A stretch of DNA of 64,000 nt from an uncultured Methanosarcinaceae archaeon (GCA_963733675.1 CAVTET010000012.1:64001-128000); one strand, 5' to 3'; positions 34,372-46,818 are shown, numbered from the stretch's first letter. Notes: generated by a model not told the origin, from the sequence alone. Translations and numbers: made by a program.

Positions 34372-35107
34372 GTGTTAAACTCCTTAATTCTTAGAATATG
34401 CCTTTTCATACTTTTTTAGATTTAACTGCCTTCTGTCTTCGTGCATTATATGTAATATTCCCTTTACCGGCAATTTTTTATTTTCAACCTTTTTTCTTAG
34501 GCAAGGAATATTTTTCTACCAAAGGCTGAAATAGAGCGTAATTTTATGCTCCTTTTCAACATCATCTATATAAAGGACTCGGCTTTCTTTCGAAAGCCAG
34601 GCTTAGTAGCAGAGAAGCTTATCTTGTATCAACTGCTAGGAGTTAATTAGATCAAGAAAGTATCTCCGTAATGTGGGCTGCTAGTTAATTATTAGAGTTG
34701 TATGAATAGAGTTGCATGAAGGTAAAATTTTTATCAAGGTGACTATTTTGTGCTCCTTGTTACCTAAAAACTATCCGGAAATTGTTGTGACGTATGAAAA
34801 CATTTACTATGACTAAATGTACAACATAAAGAATACTTGAATTATAGACCTATAGCAATTTCTAAAACATGGCATTATTGACTCTTCGAATAGGTTTTTA
34901 GACACAAATATTTAAATCCAAATTCTATTACAAAAACTTGATAATTAGAATTATTTGTTGTTAAGTTGTTGACATGTGAAATTTTTAGATTTTTTAATAT
35001 TGTAAGGTTATTATTCGAATGATGTCAATTGTTTGTGAAATTATAGTAAATTTTGACTACTCCAGAAGATATTAAAAAGTCTCCCCACTCTCTTTTCCAA
35101 AGTATCT

Positions 35108-35223
35108 AGGACTTACGCAATTGAAGTGGAAAATCAATAGCATTAAACTCAAAACATTCTAAAAAATAGTTTTTTAACTATACTTTTATCATACTTATTT
35201 TGCATCATAAGTGCGTAAGTTCT
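35108..35223. mobile_element. MITE (~116 bp) with AGGACTTACGCA termini
   Basis: TIRs AGGACTTACGCA / TGCGTAAGTTCT; non-coding interior. Confidence 0.75.
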
Positions 35224-35715
35224 AACATTAATAATATCATTTTACTTATTGGAGATTTCTATTTTTCCTTCTGCTTCATTTAGCTTTTCTCTTTCTTGAA
35301 AAGAACTTGCTGATCTTCTCTGCATCAGCTAAGCCTATTTTGTGGGGCTTTGACAAGGTGTTCTAAACCTTTAAAAGTGTACCTTTTTTCCCGCGTTCCT
35401 TCAATTCCATATGCTCTATGAGTCACATGAGCTCCATGAGTCAAGGTTATAAATTTTTTCTGATTTGGTGTGAAATTGATGAAATTCAAAGATTTTAACA
35501 CGTAACTTTTCCAACAGTATTATTTATATAGTTGTGTTCTACCTTATAATGTAGCTTTAAACTTGTAATGGTATTCAGTTTAAATTTTTGGCTTAAAATA
35601 ACTATTTTGGAATTTAAATGTTGTTGTTCAGATGATGATATTAAAAATTATATAAATTTGACAACTAAATATAATGTAACACAAATTTTAATAGATCCAA
35701 AAATATAATTTTTAC

Positions 35716-36569
35716 GGTTCCGTTGCAAAAAATCCTTTCTAATGATGCAATAGAATAAAACGAAAACCAAAGATAGTAATATGCTATCTAATTCCTTTAA
35801 ATGGAAGCCTTATGAAGGAGAAATTATCCTATTGAATGTAAGATGGTACTTAAAATACCCATTGAGCTATATAAATTTAAAGGAAATGATGATAGAAAGA
35901 GGAATTCAAGTTGATCACAGTACTATAATGAGATGGGTACATCAATATTCCCCTGAAATAGAAAAGAAAATAAGAAAATATTTAAGACCAACAAACGATT
36001 CGTAGAGAGTTGATGAAACCTATATCAAAATAAAAGGTAAATGGAAATATTTTTACCGAGCAGTTGACTCAAATGGAGATACAATTGATTTCATGTTAAG
36101 TTCAAAACGAGATAGAAAGGCAGCGAAGAGATTCCTTAAGAAAGCTTTGAGTTCTAATCATAATCAAATTCCAAGAGTAATAACAGTTGATAAGAATCAA
36201 GTTTATCCACCTGCTATAGATGAACTAAAAATTGATAAAATACTACCTAAAAACGTAGGCATTCGACAAATCAAGTGTTTGAATAACATTATAGAACAAG
36301 ATCATAGATCTATAAAGCGAATCGTTAATCCAATGTTAGGATTTCAGTTTTTTCGATCTGCTAATAAAACTTTAAAAAGAATTGAAGCTATGAATATGAT
36401 CAAAAAAGGACAAGTAATCGATTTAAATTACTCGATTCTTAATGAAGTCAAATACATTAATCAGTTGTTTGGTATTATTTTATAATGTTAGTACATTTTC
36501 CTTAAATATTTTGATTTTATTCATTACTTATAAATTTACATATTTTGTTGAAGTTTTTGCAACGGAACC
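35716..36569 (+). mobile_element. IS6 copy 2 (transposase 35781-36485 with in-frame TAG)
   Basis: TIRs GGTTCCGTTGCAAAA / TTTTGCAACGGAACC; TGG>TAG at 36003. Confidence 0.97.
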
Positions 36570-36664
36570 GTATTTGTTCATATTTTGTCTTTGGCACTGT
36601 TTTTTAGCTTTTTACTCTCAAAATAGATCTTGGGCCTTCAAAATTATGGAAGTCAAAATAAATT

Positions 36665-37027
36665 TTAGCAGGTTACGTGGAACATTGCAATTACTTTTCC
36701 TTTACTTCTGTTCCATAGCTTAATTGCTTTTGTGGTGGGAAGAAGTTTTGTTTTGCAGTCTTTCTCTACGAAAAACTTTTTAGCTTTTCTTGAAAGTTCA
36801 ACGTATCCAGTCTGGCCTGTACCAATAATTAGCTCCCCGGCTCCCTTGTCATAAATGTATTTGGCCTCAGCAAGCGAGATTTTGTGGGAGGTTCCGTAGA
36901 TTTTTTTCGAAAGCTTTTTCCTGCGCTTTTCTATCAGCCCATCCTTACGGATAATGATATCATGCTCATAGGTCTTACTTTTAATCATGATAGAGCCAAA
37001 ATTGGTTGAATTTATCTTCGGTTTCAT
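36665..37027 (-). CDS. Mth938/DUF498-like protein
   Basis: FGSI, YEHDIII, LIIGTGQ, PTTKAI..WN, FHVTC. Confidence 0.88.
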   Translation of the reverse strand: MKPKINSTNFGSIMIKSKTYEHDIIIRKDGLIEKRRKKLSKKIYGTSHKISLAEAKYIYDKGAGELIIGTGQTGYVELSRKAKKFFVEKDCKTKLLPTTKAIKLWNRSKGKVIAMFHVTC

Positions 37028-37149
37028 AGCTTTCTCCATTCATAATTATCTATTTCATTGCCATTTTTCATATTTTTCTTCTAGTTTCTACTCTTAGTAT
37101 ATATAATTTAGATAAATTTCTGATTTGATTGATAATCTATATATTTATT

Positions 37150-37265
37150 AGGTTTTACGCACTTGATATCTAAAATCAAATATTTTGGACATTGCAGTTA
37201 AATCTATGCTTTAAACAGTTTGAAGTCAAAACTTATTGATATCTTTATTAAACTGCGTAAGTCCT
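37150..37265. mobile_element. MITE (~116 bp) with the same termini as 35108-35223
   Basis: TIRs AGGTTTTACGCA / TGCGTAAGTCCT; same length, different interior. Confidence 0.7.
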
Positions 37266-37509
37266 ATTCATTAAAAATAATTAATGGTTTTATTTTACTA
37301 AATATAGACTATTAAATTTTTGTTTCGTAGAATTGGATGATATTAACAATTGGTTAAAATTTTCAGAAAATGATAAGTCATAATATCATTGCGTCAAATT
37401 TGTAGTATCCAAAAAAATTTATATTTCCTTTAATCTAAAGCACAATGTCCAAATGGTTACCAGAAACCATTTCATTGAATTACTTATGGGATATACCTTT
37501 AATAAATTC

Positions 37510-38364
37510 GGTTCCGTTGCAAAAACTTCAACAAAATATGTAAATCTATAAGTGATTAATAAAAATCAAAACATTCAAGGAAAATGTACTAACATTATAA
37601 AACTATACCAAATAATTGATTAATGTATTTGACTTCATTAAGAACAGAGTAATTTAGATCGATTACTTGTCCTTTTTTGATCATATTTATAGCTTCAATT
37701 CCTTTTAAAGTCTTATTAGCAGATCGAAAAGACTGAAATCCTAACATTGGATTAACGATTCGCTTTATAGATCTGTGATCTTGTTCTATAATGTTATTCA
37801 AATACTTGATTTGTCGAATGCCTACGTTTTTAGGTAGTATTTTATCAATTTTTAGTTTATCTATAGCAGGTGGATAAGCTGGATTCTTATCAACGGTTAT
37901 TAATCTTGGAATTTGATTATGATTAGAACTTAAAGCTTTCTTAAGGAATCTCTTCGCTGCCTTTCTATCTCGTTTTGAACTTAACATGAAATCAATTGTA
38001 TCTCCATTTGAGTCAACTGCTCGGTAAAAATATTTCCATTTACCTTTTATTTTGATATAGGTTTCATCAACTCTCCACGAATAGTTTGTTAGTCTTAAAT
38101 GTCTTCTTATCTTCTTTTCTATTTCAGGGGAATATTGATGTACCCATCTCATGATTGTTGTATGGTCGACTTTTACTCCCCTTTCTGCCATCATTTCCTT
38201 TAAATTTCTATAACTTAATGCATATTTTAAGTACCATCTTACATTCAATAAGATAATTTCCCCTTCATAATGCTTCCATTTAAAGGAATTAGATAGCATG
38301 TTACTATCTTTGGTTTTCTTTTTATTCTATTGTATCATTAGAAAGGATTTTTTGCAACGGAACC
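37510..38364 (-). mobile_element. IS6 copy 3 with intact 234-aa transposase (37595-38299)
   Basis: Perfect TIRs GGTTCCGTTGCAAAA; uninterrupted DDE ORF. Confidence 0.98.
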
Positions 38365-38519
38365 ACAAATACTATTAAGAGGATTTAAGAGGATTTTGGA
38401 AACCTCCGATTTAAACAAATTGCTAATGTAGGAATTATAAATAAACAGCAAAAAAAGAGTAATTATCGAAATCCTCTTATAAAAATAGGTTGAATTCGAA
38501 TGAGAAAATTTAAAAATTG

Positions 38520-39150
38520 GTGATTCGTACCTTTCTCAAACCCGATCAAACTTCTCAATAACTTGTTCCCTAATCCAATTTAGATCATGAAGGAATGACT
38601 CTATATTCGTTTTTATTCTCTAAAACAATATCTTTTTCAATATTCACTTCTGCCGTAGTCTTCCTGAAAACATCGCTTCAAATTTTATTTGCGTTTTAAT
38701 CCACTTGACACTCCTACAAGCAAGACACCTTTTCTAAAGGATCATATAATTTAAAAACATCCTGTAGATACTCTTTTGTGGTATATCTGTATTAGCCTCA
38801 AATGACATTGTTTGGTTCCTACACTGGGTCAAGTAGGTATCTCAATATAGAAATTCTGGTAAAAGCTTGTGACTCCCATTAAGTGGTTTAAACTGTTCTA
38901 TCGGCATTCTCCCTCACTTCTTGCAAGTGCTTTCTGAATCCAATTAGATACTTTTTTATACTGCGTTGGCGCATCAATTTAAGAGATTTAACTCCTGCTC
39001 AGCCTTGGTTAAAAGTTCATCGGAGTTTTTCCGATTCATTCAGTAAAATGTTTCATGGCTAGCAGTAATTCCTTTCCGTATTCGATCGCTGGTTTAGAGT
39101 TTCAATCTACTCAATGATTTCCGGATCGTTTAGTAAGTCATAAATTATCA
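38520..39150 (-). pseudogene. Second, heavily decayed tyrosine integrase (N-terminal half)
   Basis: Fragments LLNDPEII, LMRQRSIKKYLIGFRKHLQ, DPLE, LLVGVSSGL parallel the 12596-13930 integrase. Confidence 0.75.
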
Positions 39151-39289
39151 CAAATCCTCCGTAATATGGATATACTTCCTTTTGGACTAATACTTTAATG
39201 AAGTATCTCCACATAAGAATTTTTAATATTTATGACATGGAAATTTTGATAATTAAGGAAATTTTTACAGATACACTAGAGGTATAACT

Positions 39290-39613
39290 ATGGAAACTAG
39301 AGATACAGTATTTTTTGTTGTGATGGTTCTGTCATCCTTCCTTTTATCCTTTGAATGGCTTAGAAGATTTGAATATGCATCCACAAATCCACTAATTATT
39401 TTATCGGTTATGATCTTAGTCGGAACACTAGCTGTTATGCTCATCTCTATCAACAACAAACTTCAGGAATTTGAAGATAAGATAGAAGCAAAAGATCGTA
39501 CACTCAAAGTAAATATTGAGAGTACGGAAACGAAAATTGACGAAAGAATGAATGAACTCTCAAGCAAAGTTGATAATGCAATTTGCGAATTCAACCGTAG
39601 GAAATACCATTAA
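39290..39613 (+). CDS. Hypothetical membrane protein with coiled-coil tail
   Basis: 107 aa, 2 TM segments, SD GAGGT. Confidence 0.75.
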   Translation: METRDTVFFVVMVLSSFLLSFEWLRRFEYASTNPLIILSVMILVGTLAVMLISINNKLQEFEDKIEAKDRTLKVNIESTETKIDERMNELSSKVDNAICEFNRRKYH

Positions 39614-40128
39614 ATTCTACTAATTACCCTTAAGCATGCTCATAACTTCACTTTTTTGGTAGAAATGAAATTTTGAATTTATTATTAAAGAAGGTTATTT
39701 TTTGATTCGAAATTTTTCTGATAAATAAATATAATTGTGTATTTTAAAATATGTAAAAGTCTAACATTCATCCTTTATGGCATAGGATATGCTACTTAAC
39801 GTAGAAAAGTACGTACATTATTAAATAATTTATTAGTTTAACTTTAATTTTACTCAATTTTAATAAATTAAGTTCTATTCATCACCATTTTAATGGAAAA
39901 ACATGTTATTTTTTTTATTTTAAATCATATACATTCAGGCATTTTCAAAGTCAGGCCCAGCTTTTTGGTAAAGTATATATATCTGTTATTATGTACAATT
40001 GAGGAATATTCAAAACCAAAGTCATTTTAAATATAATGGATCCGATATCACACATCTTGAATTGTTATTACTCTGAGTTAGTATTATTTGATGATACTTG
40101 TGTTAACAGGTAAAGAAGGAAAGCTAAT

Positions 40129-40431
40129 ATGCACCTCAATCTGGAACCTATTGGCATCATTAAGAATGTTGCAAATAAGTCGGAGATTTTAATTTATTCT
40201 GATTTTGAACAGGTCATACAAAATATTTTTTTGACAATTGGAGAAAGAGCTGAAGTGGGCCAGAAAATCCTGGTTATTCACAAAAACAATAGTAAGAAAC
40301 TGGAAGATGGTCATCAGGTTCAAGTAACAAAAGCGACATTATTAGGAAGAAAAGGTAATTTGCTGACAATATCTAAAATTGAGGCAAACGAGGATTCTGT
40401 GATCGATGTTCGACTTGATCTTATTGCCTAA
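40129..40431 (+). CDS. Hypothetical protein (TsaA-like N-terminus)
   Basis: 100-aa ORF; LEPIGII..SEILIY pattern. Confidence 0.7.
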   Translation: MHLNLEPIGIIKNVANKSEILIYSDFEQVIQNIFLTIGERAEVGQKILVIHKNNSKKLEDGHQVQVTKATLLGRKGNLLTISKIEANEDSVIDVRLDLIA

Positions 40432-40793
40432 TTCTTCAAGTTATCATTAAACTCAAAAGCTGATAAGGCTCACTTGTTATTGAAATCCTCTTATTTCCTT
40501 GTTAGAAAGCTGATAATTTTCAGGAAAGTTTAGGCCATCCAAAAACTATTGAACAGGAACTCTGAACATTTATATTTATTTTAAACTCAACATGTGATAG
40601 TCATTCTTTCAGCCATAACTGAAGTTCTGGCAATGTCTTTGAGTTTAGTACTTCACTAACTCTTAATCGATAACTCAAAAAATCAAATCTACTTTTTGTA
40701 GCTATTATAAAAGATTATTGATAGCGTAGAAGTATCTTTTTTGCTTAGTAAAAGAGTTATTGGAAACCTATTTAGAAAATTTATCTGAAAGAG

Positions 40794-41666
40794 TTATACT
40801 CCAGCGATGAAAGCTAGCAGAGCAAAGAACATTGCGATCTTGAACATTTTCGAAGATTTCGCTGGATTTTTGAGGGCGAGGATCTGGTGGATAGCCTCAA
40901 AGAAACCCAAATCTGCCAGGAGGACGAAGTAAAGATAACGTAAGCCAAGAACTGACATAAAGTAAGGAAGAGGACTTAAAAATATGGCAAGAAAACCTAT
41001 TAGCACTGCAATATAGCTTGCTTTTTTTGCTCCTATCCTAATAGGTAGGGTATCTATTCCTTCCATCTTATCTCCCTCCATATCTTCGATATCCTTAACA
41101 ATTTCTCTGGCAGTAATAGCAAGAGATGAAAGCACAAAAAGCACAAAAAGAGCTTTAAGTCCGTCAAATCCTAAAACAGAAGCTCCGAACAAGAATGTTG
41201 AACCAGTAAGATAGCCTATACTTAGGTTTCCTAAAAAAGGAGTACTTTTAAGAGTTTTTGCATACAGGATAAGCATTAAAGAATTGAAAAAAGCAATAAA
41301 CCCACAAATCTGTTGAATCGAAAAAGCCAGAAAAGTTCCGAAAGCAAAAAGGAGAAAAGAAAAATATAAGGCGTTCTTTAATTTCACCCTTCCGGAGGGG
41401 ATAGGTCTTTCAGGGCGGTTGATTGAATCTATCTTAAAGTCATAGTAGTCATTAATGGCATTTCCTGCACCTGAAATCAGAAATACTACCAAAAACACAA
41501 GCCCCATATCAAGAAAAGGATAATTTTTCAAATGAAACAAGTCAAAGGCATCTGATGTCATAATATTTTCAGCTATAAATGTTCCTGTTGTAGCCGCAAA
41601 ACCTGCCATAAGGCAGTTTTTGTATCTAATCAGTTCCATATATTTGCGTATCCCTACAGACATCAA
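40794..41666 (-). CDS. Digeranylgeranylglyceryl phosphate synthase (UbiA family)
   Basis: [21 protein letters not shown] and [13 protein letters not shown] Asp-rich motifs; multi-TM. Confidence 0.92.
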   Translation of the reverse strand: MMSVGIRKYMELIRYKNCLMAGFAATTGTFIAENIMTSDAFDLFHLKNYPFLDMGLVFLVVFLISGAGNAINDYYDFKIDSINRPERPIPSGRVKLKNALYFSFLLFAFGTFLAFSIQQICGFIAFFNSLMLILYAKTLKSTPFLGNLSIGYLTGSTFLFGASVLGFDGLKALFVLFVLSSLAITAREIVKDIEDMEGDKMEGIDTLPIRIGAKKASYIAVLIGFLAIFLSPLPYFMSVLGLRYLYFVLLADLGFFEAIHQILALKNPAKSSKMFKIAMFFALLAFIAGV

Positions 41667-42063
41667 AAGATAGCAGCTTTATGAAGTATTAAAAGTATCG
41701 GATCTTTCCAGCCTAATTTTTGCCAGTCTAGTTTCTCTTCTACGATTCCTTAATATAGTACGTTATTGTGTGGCTGTCACATTTCCAACTGTACTATAAA
41801 TATATTTAGATAGCTCTAGAAAATACCATTTTTCAATAGATTGTTCACACATATGTTAATTTTAAAAAATAGATGCCTTCCTAAATTAATGGTTGATGTT
41901 TTTATGATTCAATTCTCAGTTAAGGACCGATGTATTTTTACGCATTGAAGTTTTATCTGCCTTTGTCTAACAGAAAGCAAAATAAAAAAGCTGTATAATG
42001 AAAAATTTTGCTATGAATATTCCAATTTATATTTATTTTATTTGATTCCTGTTACACTTTCCT

Positions 42064-42699
42064 TCATGCTGTAAACACTACATTTATCCTTTTCACATCC
42101 CATAAAGACCTCAACTTTTCTATAATATCCTCTTTGATTGCCGAAGCAAATTGGTGATCTGCAGGCAAGTCTACAACCACCCTCACCACTCCATCTTCAA
42201 TACTTGTTTTAAGTATAAGGTTCGTGCGTATAATATCAAGGCCTGTTAGTGGGTTCATAACGTGCTTGAGCCTGCCACGGACAACTTCTTCGGTTGTGGT
42301 TTCCTTTTCGATAACAAGTCCGTGTTTTTCTTCATAGTCCCGAATCGCAGCACGCAGGCCCTCAACTGCAAGCACTGAGCAGTGGGCTTTGATCGGAGGA
42401 AGCCCTCCAAGCTCTTCAGAAGCCAGTTTCCATGTTATCTTCTTTGCCTCATCGAGAGTCTTTCCACGTGCAAGGTCTGTAATGACAGAAGCTGTGGCAA
42501 TATTTGAGGCACAGCCGTAAGATTCGAATTTAATATCTTCAATAACCTTTGTTTCTGGATTTACCTTAATATAAACTGCAACCATATCTCCACATGCCTG
42601 GCTCCCTTCAAGGCCTTTTCCATCAGGATTCTCTATATTTCCCACATTGTGTGGGTTCCTGAAATGCTCCAATACCTTTTCACTGTAAGGAAACTTCAT
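42064..42699 (-). CDS. iscU: IscU/NifU scaffold fused to C-terminal DUF59-like domain
   Basis: HFRNPHNVG, ACGD, YGCAS, KAHCSVLA; ~75-aa extension. Confidence 0.92.
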   Translation of the reverse strand: MKFPYSEKVLEHFRNPHNVGNIENPDGKGLEGSQACGDMVAVYIKVNPETKVIEDIKFESYGCASNIATASVITDLARGKTLDEAKKITWKLASEELGGLPPIKAHCSVLAVEGLRAAIRDYEEKHGLVIEKETTTEEVVRGRLKHVMNPLTGLDIIRTNLILKTSIEDGVVRVVVDLPADHQFASAIKEDIIEKLRSLWDVKRINVVFTA

Positions 42700-42787
42700 T
42701 GTCTCACCGATCTCTCCGTCTTTAAAATTATATTCTGCTTTTCATCTATTCTACTTTTCCTGTGCTATGTTTCCCAGTTATTAGATT

Positions 42788-43954
42788 TTATTTTCTTGCA
42801 AGGGGGCTTATTTCCCTGAGCCTTGCCACAATTTCTCTCATGGCATCAATTGCCGCATCAGCATCTCCCATATGATTGTAGCGCCCGAAGGTAAAGCGTA
42901 CCGAACCATGGGCTCTCTCATGGTCTCCTCCTATACCTCTGATTACATGGCTTGATTCAAGAGAACGGCTAAAACAAGCTGAACCTGTGCTCACTGCAAA
43001 ACCCTTCATATCCATATGCAAAGTTATGGATTCTCCCTCTACATAATGAAAAGTTAGGTTTGCGTTCTGTGGTAGACGTTTATTTCTGTTTCCGTTGAGG
43101 GTAACATCCGGGATTTCGGAAAGAGATTTATCAATTACCCGATCTCTCATCGCCTTAAGATGTCTTATTTCTTCTTCGTTTACGAGTTCTACAGCCTTTC
43201 CAAAGCCTATAGCTCCGGGAATGTTTTCTACCCCTGCCCTCAAGTTGAATTCTTGAAAACCTCCGTCCATGAATTTATTTATCTGGGTGTCTTTCCGGAT
43301 AAAGAGAGCGCCTATTCCCCGTGGGCCATGAATGGTATGTGCGGACATTGTTATTAGGTCTATGGGCAATTCTTTCACACTGAGGGGAAGCCGCGTAAAG
43401 CTATGGGTAGCATCGGTATGCAGGAACACATCTTTTTCTTCACAGATTTCTGAGATAACCTTCAGGTCCTGCACTGTCCCTATTTCCTGGTTTCCGTGCT
43501 GAATCGAAACAAGAACGGTCTCTTTTGTGATTGCTTTTCTTAATCCTTCGATATCTGCAAACCCCTCTGCATCCACATCCAGAAAAGTCACATCAAAACC
43601 CTGTTTTTGGAGTGCTTTTGCCGTGTTCAGCACAGAAAAATCCTCTATCTTCGAGACAATAATATGCTTGCCTTTCTTTTCCTTAAGGGCCCAAGATACT
43701 CCTTTAAGCGCTGTATTATTCGACTCCGTGTCACCAGAAGTGAAAATTACCTCGCCGGAGCTTGCTTCGAGTTTTGAAATTATGCTTTCGCGGGCTTTTT
43801 CAAGTCCTTCTTTTGATTCTATTCCCATAGAATAGCCAAATTCAGATGTAGCTACTGCATATTTATCAAAAAAGTAAGGCGTCATTGCCTCAAGTACCCG
43901 TTCATCCAATCGGGTGCTTGCAGCATTGTCAAGATAAATTATACTCTCAAATAT
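42788..43954 (-). CDS. iscS: IscS/NifS-like protein lacking the PLP lysine; apparent ATA start
   Basis: IYLDNAAST, FTSGDTESNN, SAHT(not K)IHGPRG, STGSAC; SD GAGGAGGGG upstream of ATA at 43954. Confidence 0.85.
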   Translation of the reverse strand: MFESIIYLDNAASTRLDERVLEAMTPYFFDKYAVATSEFGYSMGIESKEGLEKARESIISKLEASSGEVIFTSGDTESNNTALKGVSWALKEKKGKHIIVSKIEDFSVLNTAKALQKQGFDVTFLDVDAEGFADIEGLRKAITKETVLVSIQHGNQEIGTVQDLKVISEICEEKDVFLHTDATHSFTRLPLSVKELPIDLITMSAHTIHGPRGIGALFIRKDTQINKFMDGGFQEFNLRAGVENIPGAIGFGKAVELVNEEEIRHLKAMRDRVIDKSLSEIPDVTLNGNRNKRLPQNANLTFHYVEGESITLHMDMKGFAVSTGSACFSRSLESSHVIRGIGGDHERAHGSVRFTFGRYNHMGDADAAIDAMREIVARLREISPLARK

Positions 43955-44768
43955 TTTGTCCCCTCCTCAGCCTGGATAATAAATTCTTAATTTTAAATTT
44001 AAAATTTTAGAGTTTCCAGCAAATTGCTGGAATTTTAGGATTAGAACTCTATGTATAATAACTTAGTTTATTATACAGATTTGAGTCGAAATCAAAAATA
44101 GTTTCACATCTTTAAATATAAAAGAATTTATTCCAATTGAAATAAGAATGATTTCAATAACACAATCTCTCAAACATTATGAAGTGTTAGAAATTACCAT
44201 CAAACATTTGTTCCTAGAATTATTTTACTGAAGAAGAACCATTTGGATCTATAGAAGATCCTGTTCAACGAAAATAATCCAGCTATATTTATAAATATAT
44301 AAGAGTTAGTTTGATCGTGCTCAAATATTCTGTTGTTATGATTATTAACTCTCCTACAATTGAAGGCGATAAGAATTGCAATGATAGTAAATATTACAAA
44401 TGCTAAATATGAGAATATTATTATTGATATATGATACAAGCTCATTACCAATAATAGCGTTTCACAATTTTTAATAATATTTTACCAACAATTACACCGG
44501 CTATGAATCTAAATATAAATTCAATGATATTTTGTAATAATGGGTATTGATTTTCGATATCTTTAACATATATCCTATCAAATTTTAAAATGTCCAACAT
44601 AGTAATATATAAAAAAATTATAACCGTCTTTATGGCTTTAATTATGAATATTACTAAACCTATAATAATAGCTATTCAACACAAAAGATAAGATTTTAAA
44701 TATATATAGTACCGAAAAGAAAACTTATAAAGTAATAGAACTAATATCCCTTTGCACAAAAGATACGC

Positions 44769-44873
44769 AAGTTTTTTGAAGTAAATTAAATACTGTTAAT
44801 GTGTGCAACATCAACAGTATTGTCTCAAACCAGTCCGTGATGAATTATGATTTTCATAATGGTGAATTCTTTT
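44769..44873. repeat. ~100-bp dispersed hairpin repeat, copy 2
   Basis: TACTGTTAATGT-GTGCA-ACATCAACAGTA hairpin; paralog of 8824-8924. Confidence 0.75.
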
Positions 44874-44934
44874 AAGGCTCGGAATATATTTATGTCTCTA
44901 TGGCGCTTTCACATCTTTTATCTGAGATGTCGTC

Positions 44935-45290
44935 TCATGCCATTTCCAATCCCAATAACAAATTGTCATCATGAGTTGTGTTATGAGATCCTGAAGAAGT
45001 ATGAGCATAAATAATTGCCGAAGATGAATGATTAGGTTCTACAGCAAACGATCCTGCTAAAATGATTATTACCAACAAAAATCTTACCACTCCAGATAAT
45101 AAAATATTAAACTCTGATTCGATCAAGTTGAAATCGGCGAAAACGATATAAAAACTGCCATAAACATGAATACAGCTGGAAAATATTCATGTTCGATAAT
45201 CATTCCTAAAGCAATTACTATACAGAACAATCCAAATATCCAACGGAGTATGCCGGTTAACGTTATTTTTATGGGTTCTTTTTGATCCAT
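44935..45290 (-). pseudogene. Small membrane protein, frameshifted
   Basis: Two overlapping hydrophobic ORF fragments joined at ~45125. Confidence 0.5.
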
Positions 45291-45399
45291 CTCTATACTC
45301 CAAATCAATTTTTTGTTTAATATGCAAAAAATGATCTTTATATTAATGTATGTTACTTAATCCCGGTTTTTGCAAAGTTAAAGACTTGATGTAGTTTCT

Positions 45400-45890
45400 T
45401 CTGACCACATATCTCCGGAAATAGGTAGGATCAGAGGAACTCGGCATATCTTGGCAACTAGAACTCAAAAACCCTCCAAAACTCCAATAAAGAGATTTGC
45501 ATTAGAATTTCTTGCTTTTTGGGTATAAGAGCCCAAAACTCACCAATAACTTCTATTCCATTGTAAGATCTTCTTTCATTATGCTCATGATTTCCATGGT
45601 CATTTTGATGGATATTATCCTTCCTCCGATTTCCTTGAAATCATTCATCTGTCTTTCGTGTGAAATAACTTTAGCCTCATATATCGTATTTTTACCATCT
45701 TCCTGCTGAATCCCAGCATATCATCTTGGGAAATAGTTTTTTCAAGCTCTCCTTTTTCCAACAGCATTAGTCTCCAGAAAGTGAAATAACATGGAGATTC
45801 CCATGCCCATTTCCAAGGTTCAGTTTTAAATTATCAGTAGACAATCTAATTTATCTATATCACCAGTATAATTACCGTCTTTTCTACTAT
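45400..45890 (-). pseudogene. DsrE/DsrF-like sulfur-relay protein, heavily decayed
   Basis: GDIDK, MGMG, YFTFW..LEKGELEK fragments directly downstream of tusA. Confidence 0.55.
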
Positions 45891-45901
45891 TTCGATTCCT
45901 T

Positions 45902-46129
45902 TTACCTTCGTATCTTTATCTCCCACTCTTTTCCTCCTTCTTTATCCTCAATTTTCAGCACTTCGAGCCCCATTGCTTTGCAGGCCATAGGAATCTCTTC
46001 CTTAGATGCTGGATGCGTGCCCTTTACAATTAAAATGTCCCCTGGAGACGCTCTCTTGAATGCTCTTCTGCATACTACCAGCGGAACCGGGCATGTTTGC
46101 TCCCGAACGTCGATTTCCATTTCTGCCAT
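45902..46129 (-). CDS. tusA: TusA/SirA sulfur carrier
   Basis: IDVREQTCPVPLV motif; 75 aa; SD AAGGAG. Confidence 0.9.
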   Translation of the reverse strand: MAEMEIDVREQTCPVPLVVCRRAFKRASPGDILIVKGTHPASKEEIPMACKAMGLEVLKIEDKEGGKEWEIKIRR

Positions 46130-46818
46130 TAATCTTACTCCTTTATTCGAGAAAGAGAAGGTTCTTGACAGCAGTTCCTGCTGCCTTACCCAAAATTCAT
46201 GTATTTAAAAAATATATAATTTGATCGTGTTGTAAATATTATTTAGAAATCACCCTGATTTTCTTATTTGGAACTCTCATTCTCTTCAGAAGCTCTCCTG
46301 ATTTACTAAAGGCAATTCTCTCTTAAAATGATTCGCTAGCCAGATTTATTTAAGTGAATGTTAACACATTCCCATGACCTTAGGAATCTTCTCTAAATCA
46401 GCCTCGGATCTCTAGCAAAAAAACTCATTTAACGATAGATTGCACTCACTTCTACTCATACACTAAACCCCTTTATTTTTTATTATTTTCTGGAATTGCA
46501 AAATTATCATTGTTTCCTAGCAATTAACAAACATCAATCAAAAACCCATAAAGCAACTATAAGTCTCATGTTTCTCTTAGACATAACTTTAGTTCTTGTT
46601 CTGGAGTTATTATCAAATATGGAAAAAAAGAGGACATCACTCTTTTTGGGAAAATACAAGATATTATTGTGCTTACTATTTTCAGTAACTATGGGCATGA
46701 TTAAACAGATGAAGGAATTACTCGAAGGAAGCTTCTCCCTCGGAGGGCCAGTTCACTGGACAAAAATTCATTCACCTGAAAGCTTAAAACCTAATGCCAC
46801 CTTTACTACTAATTACGC

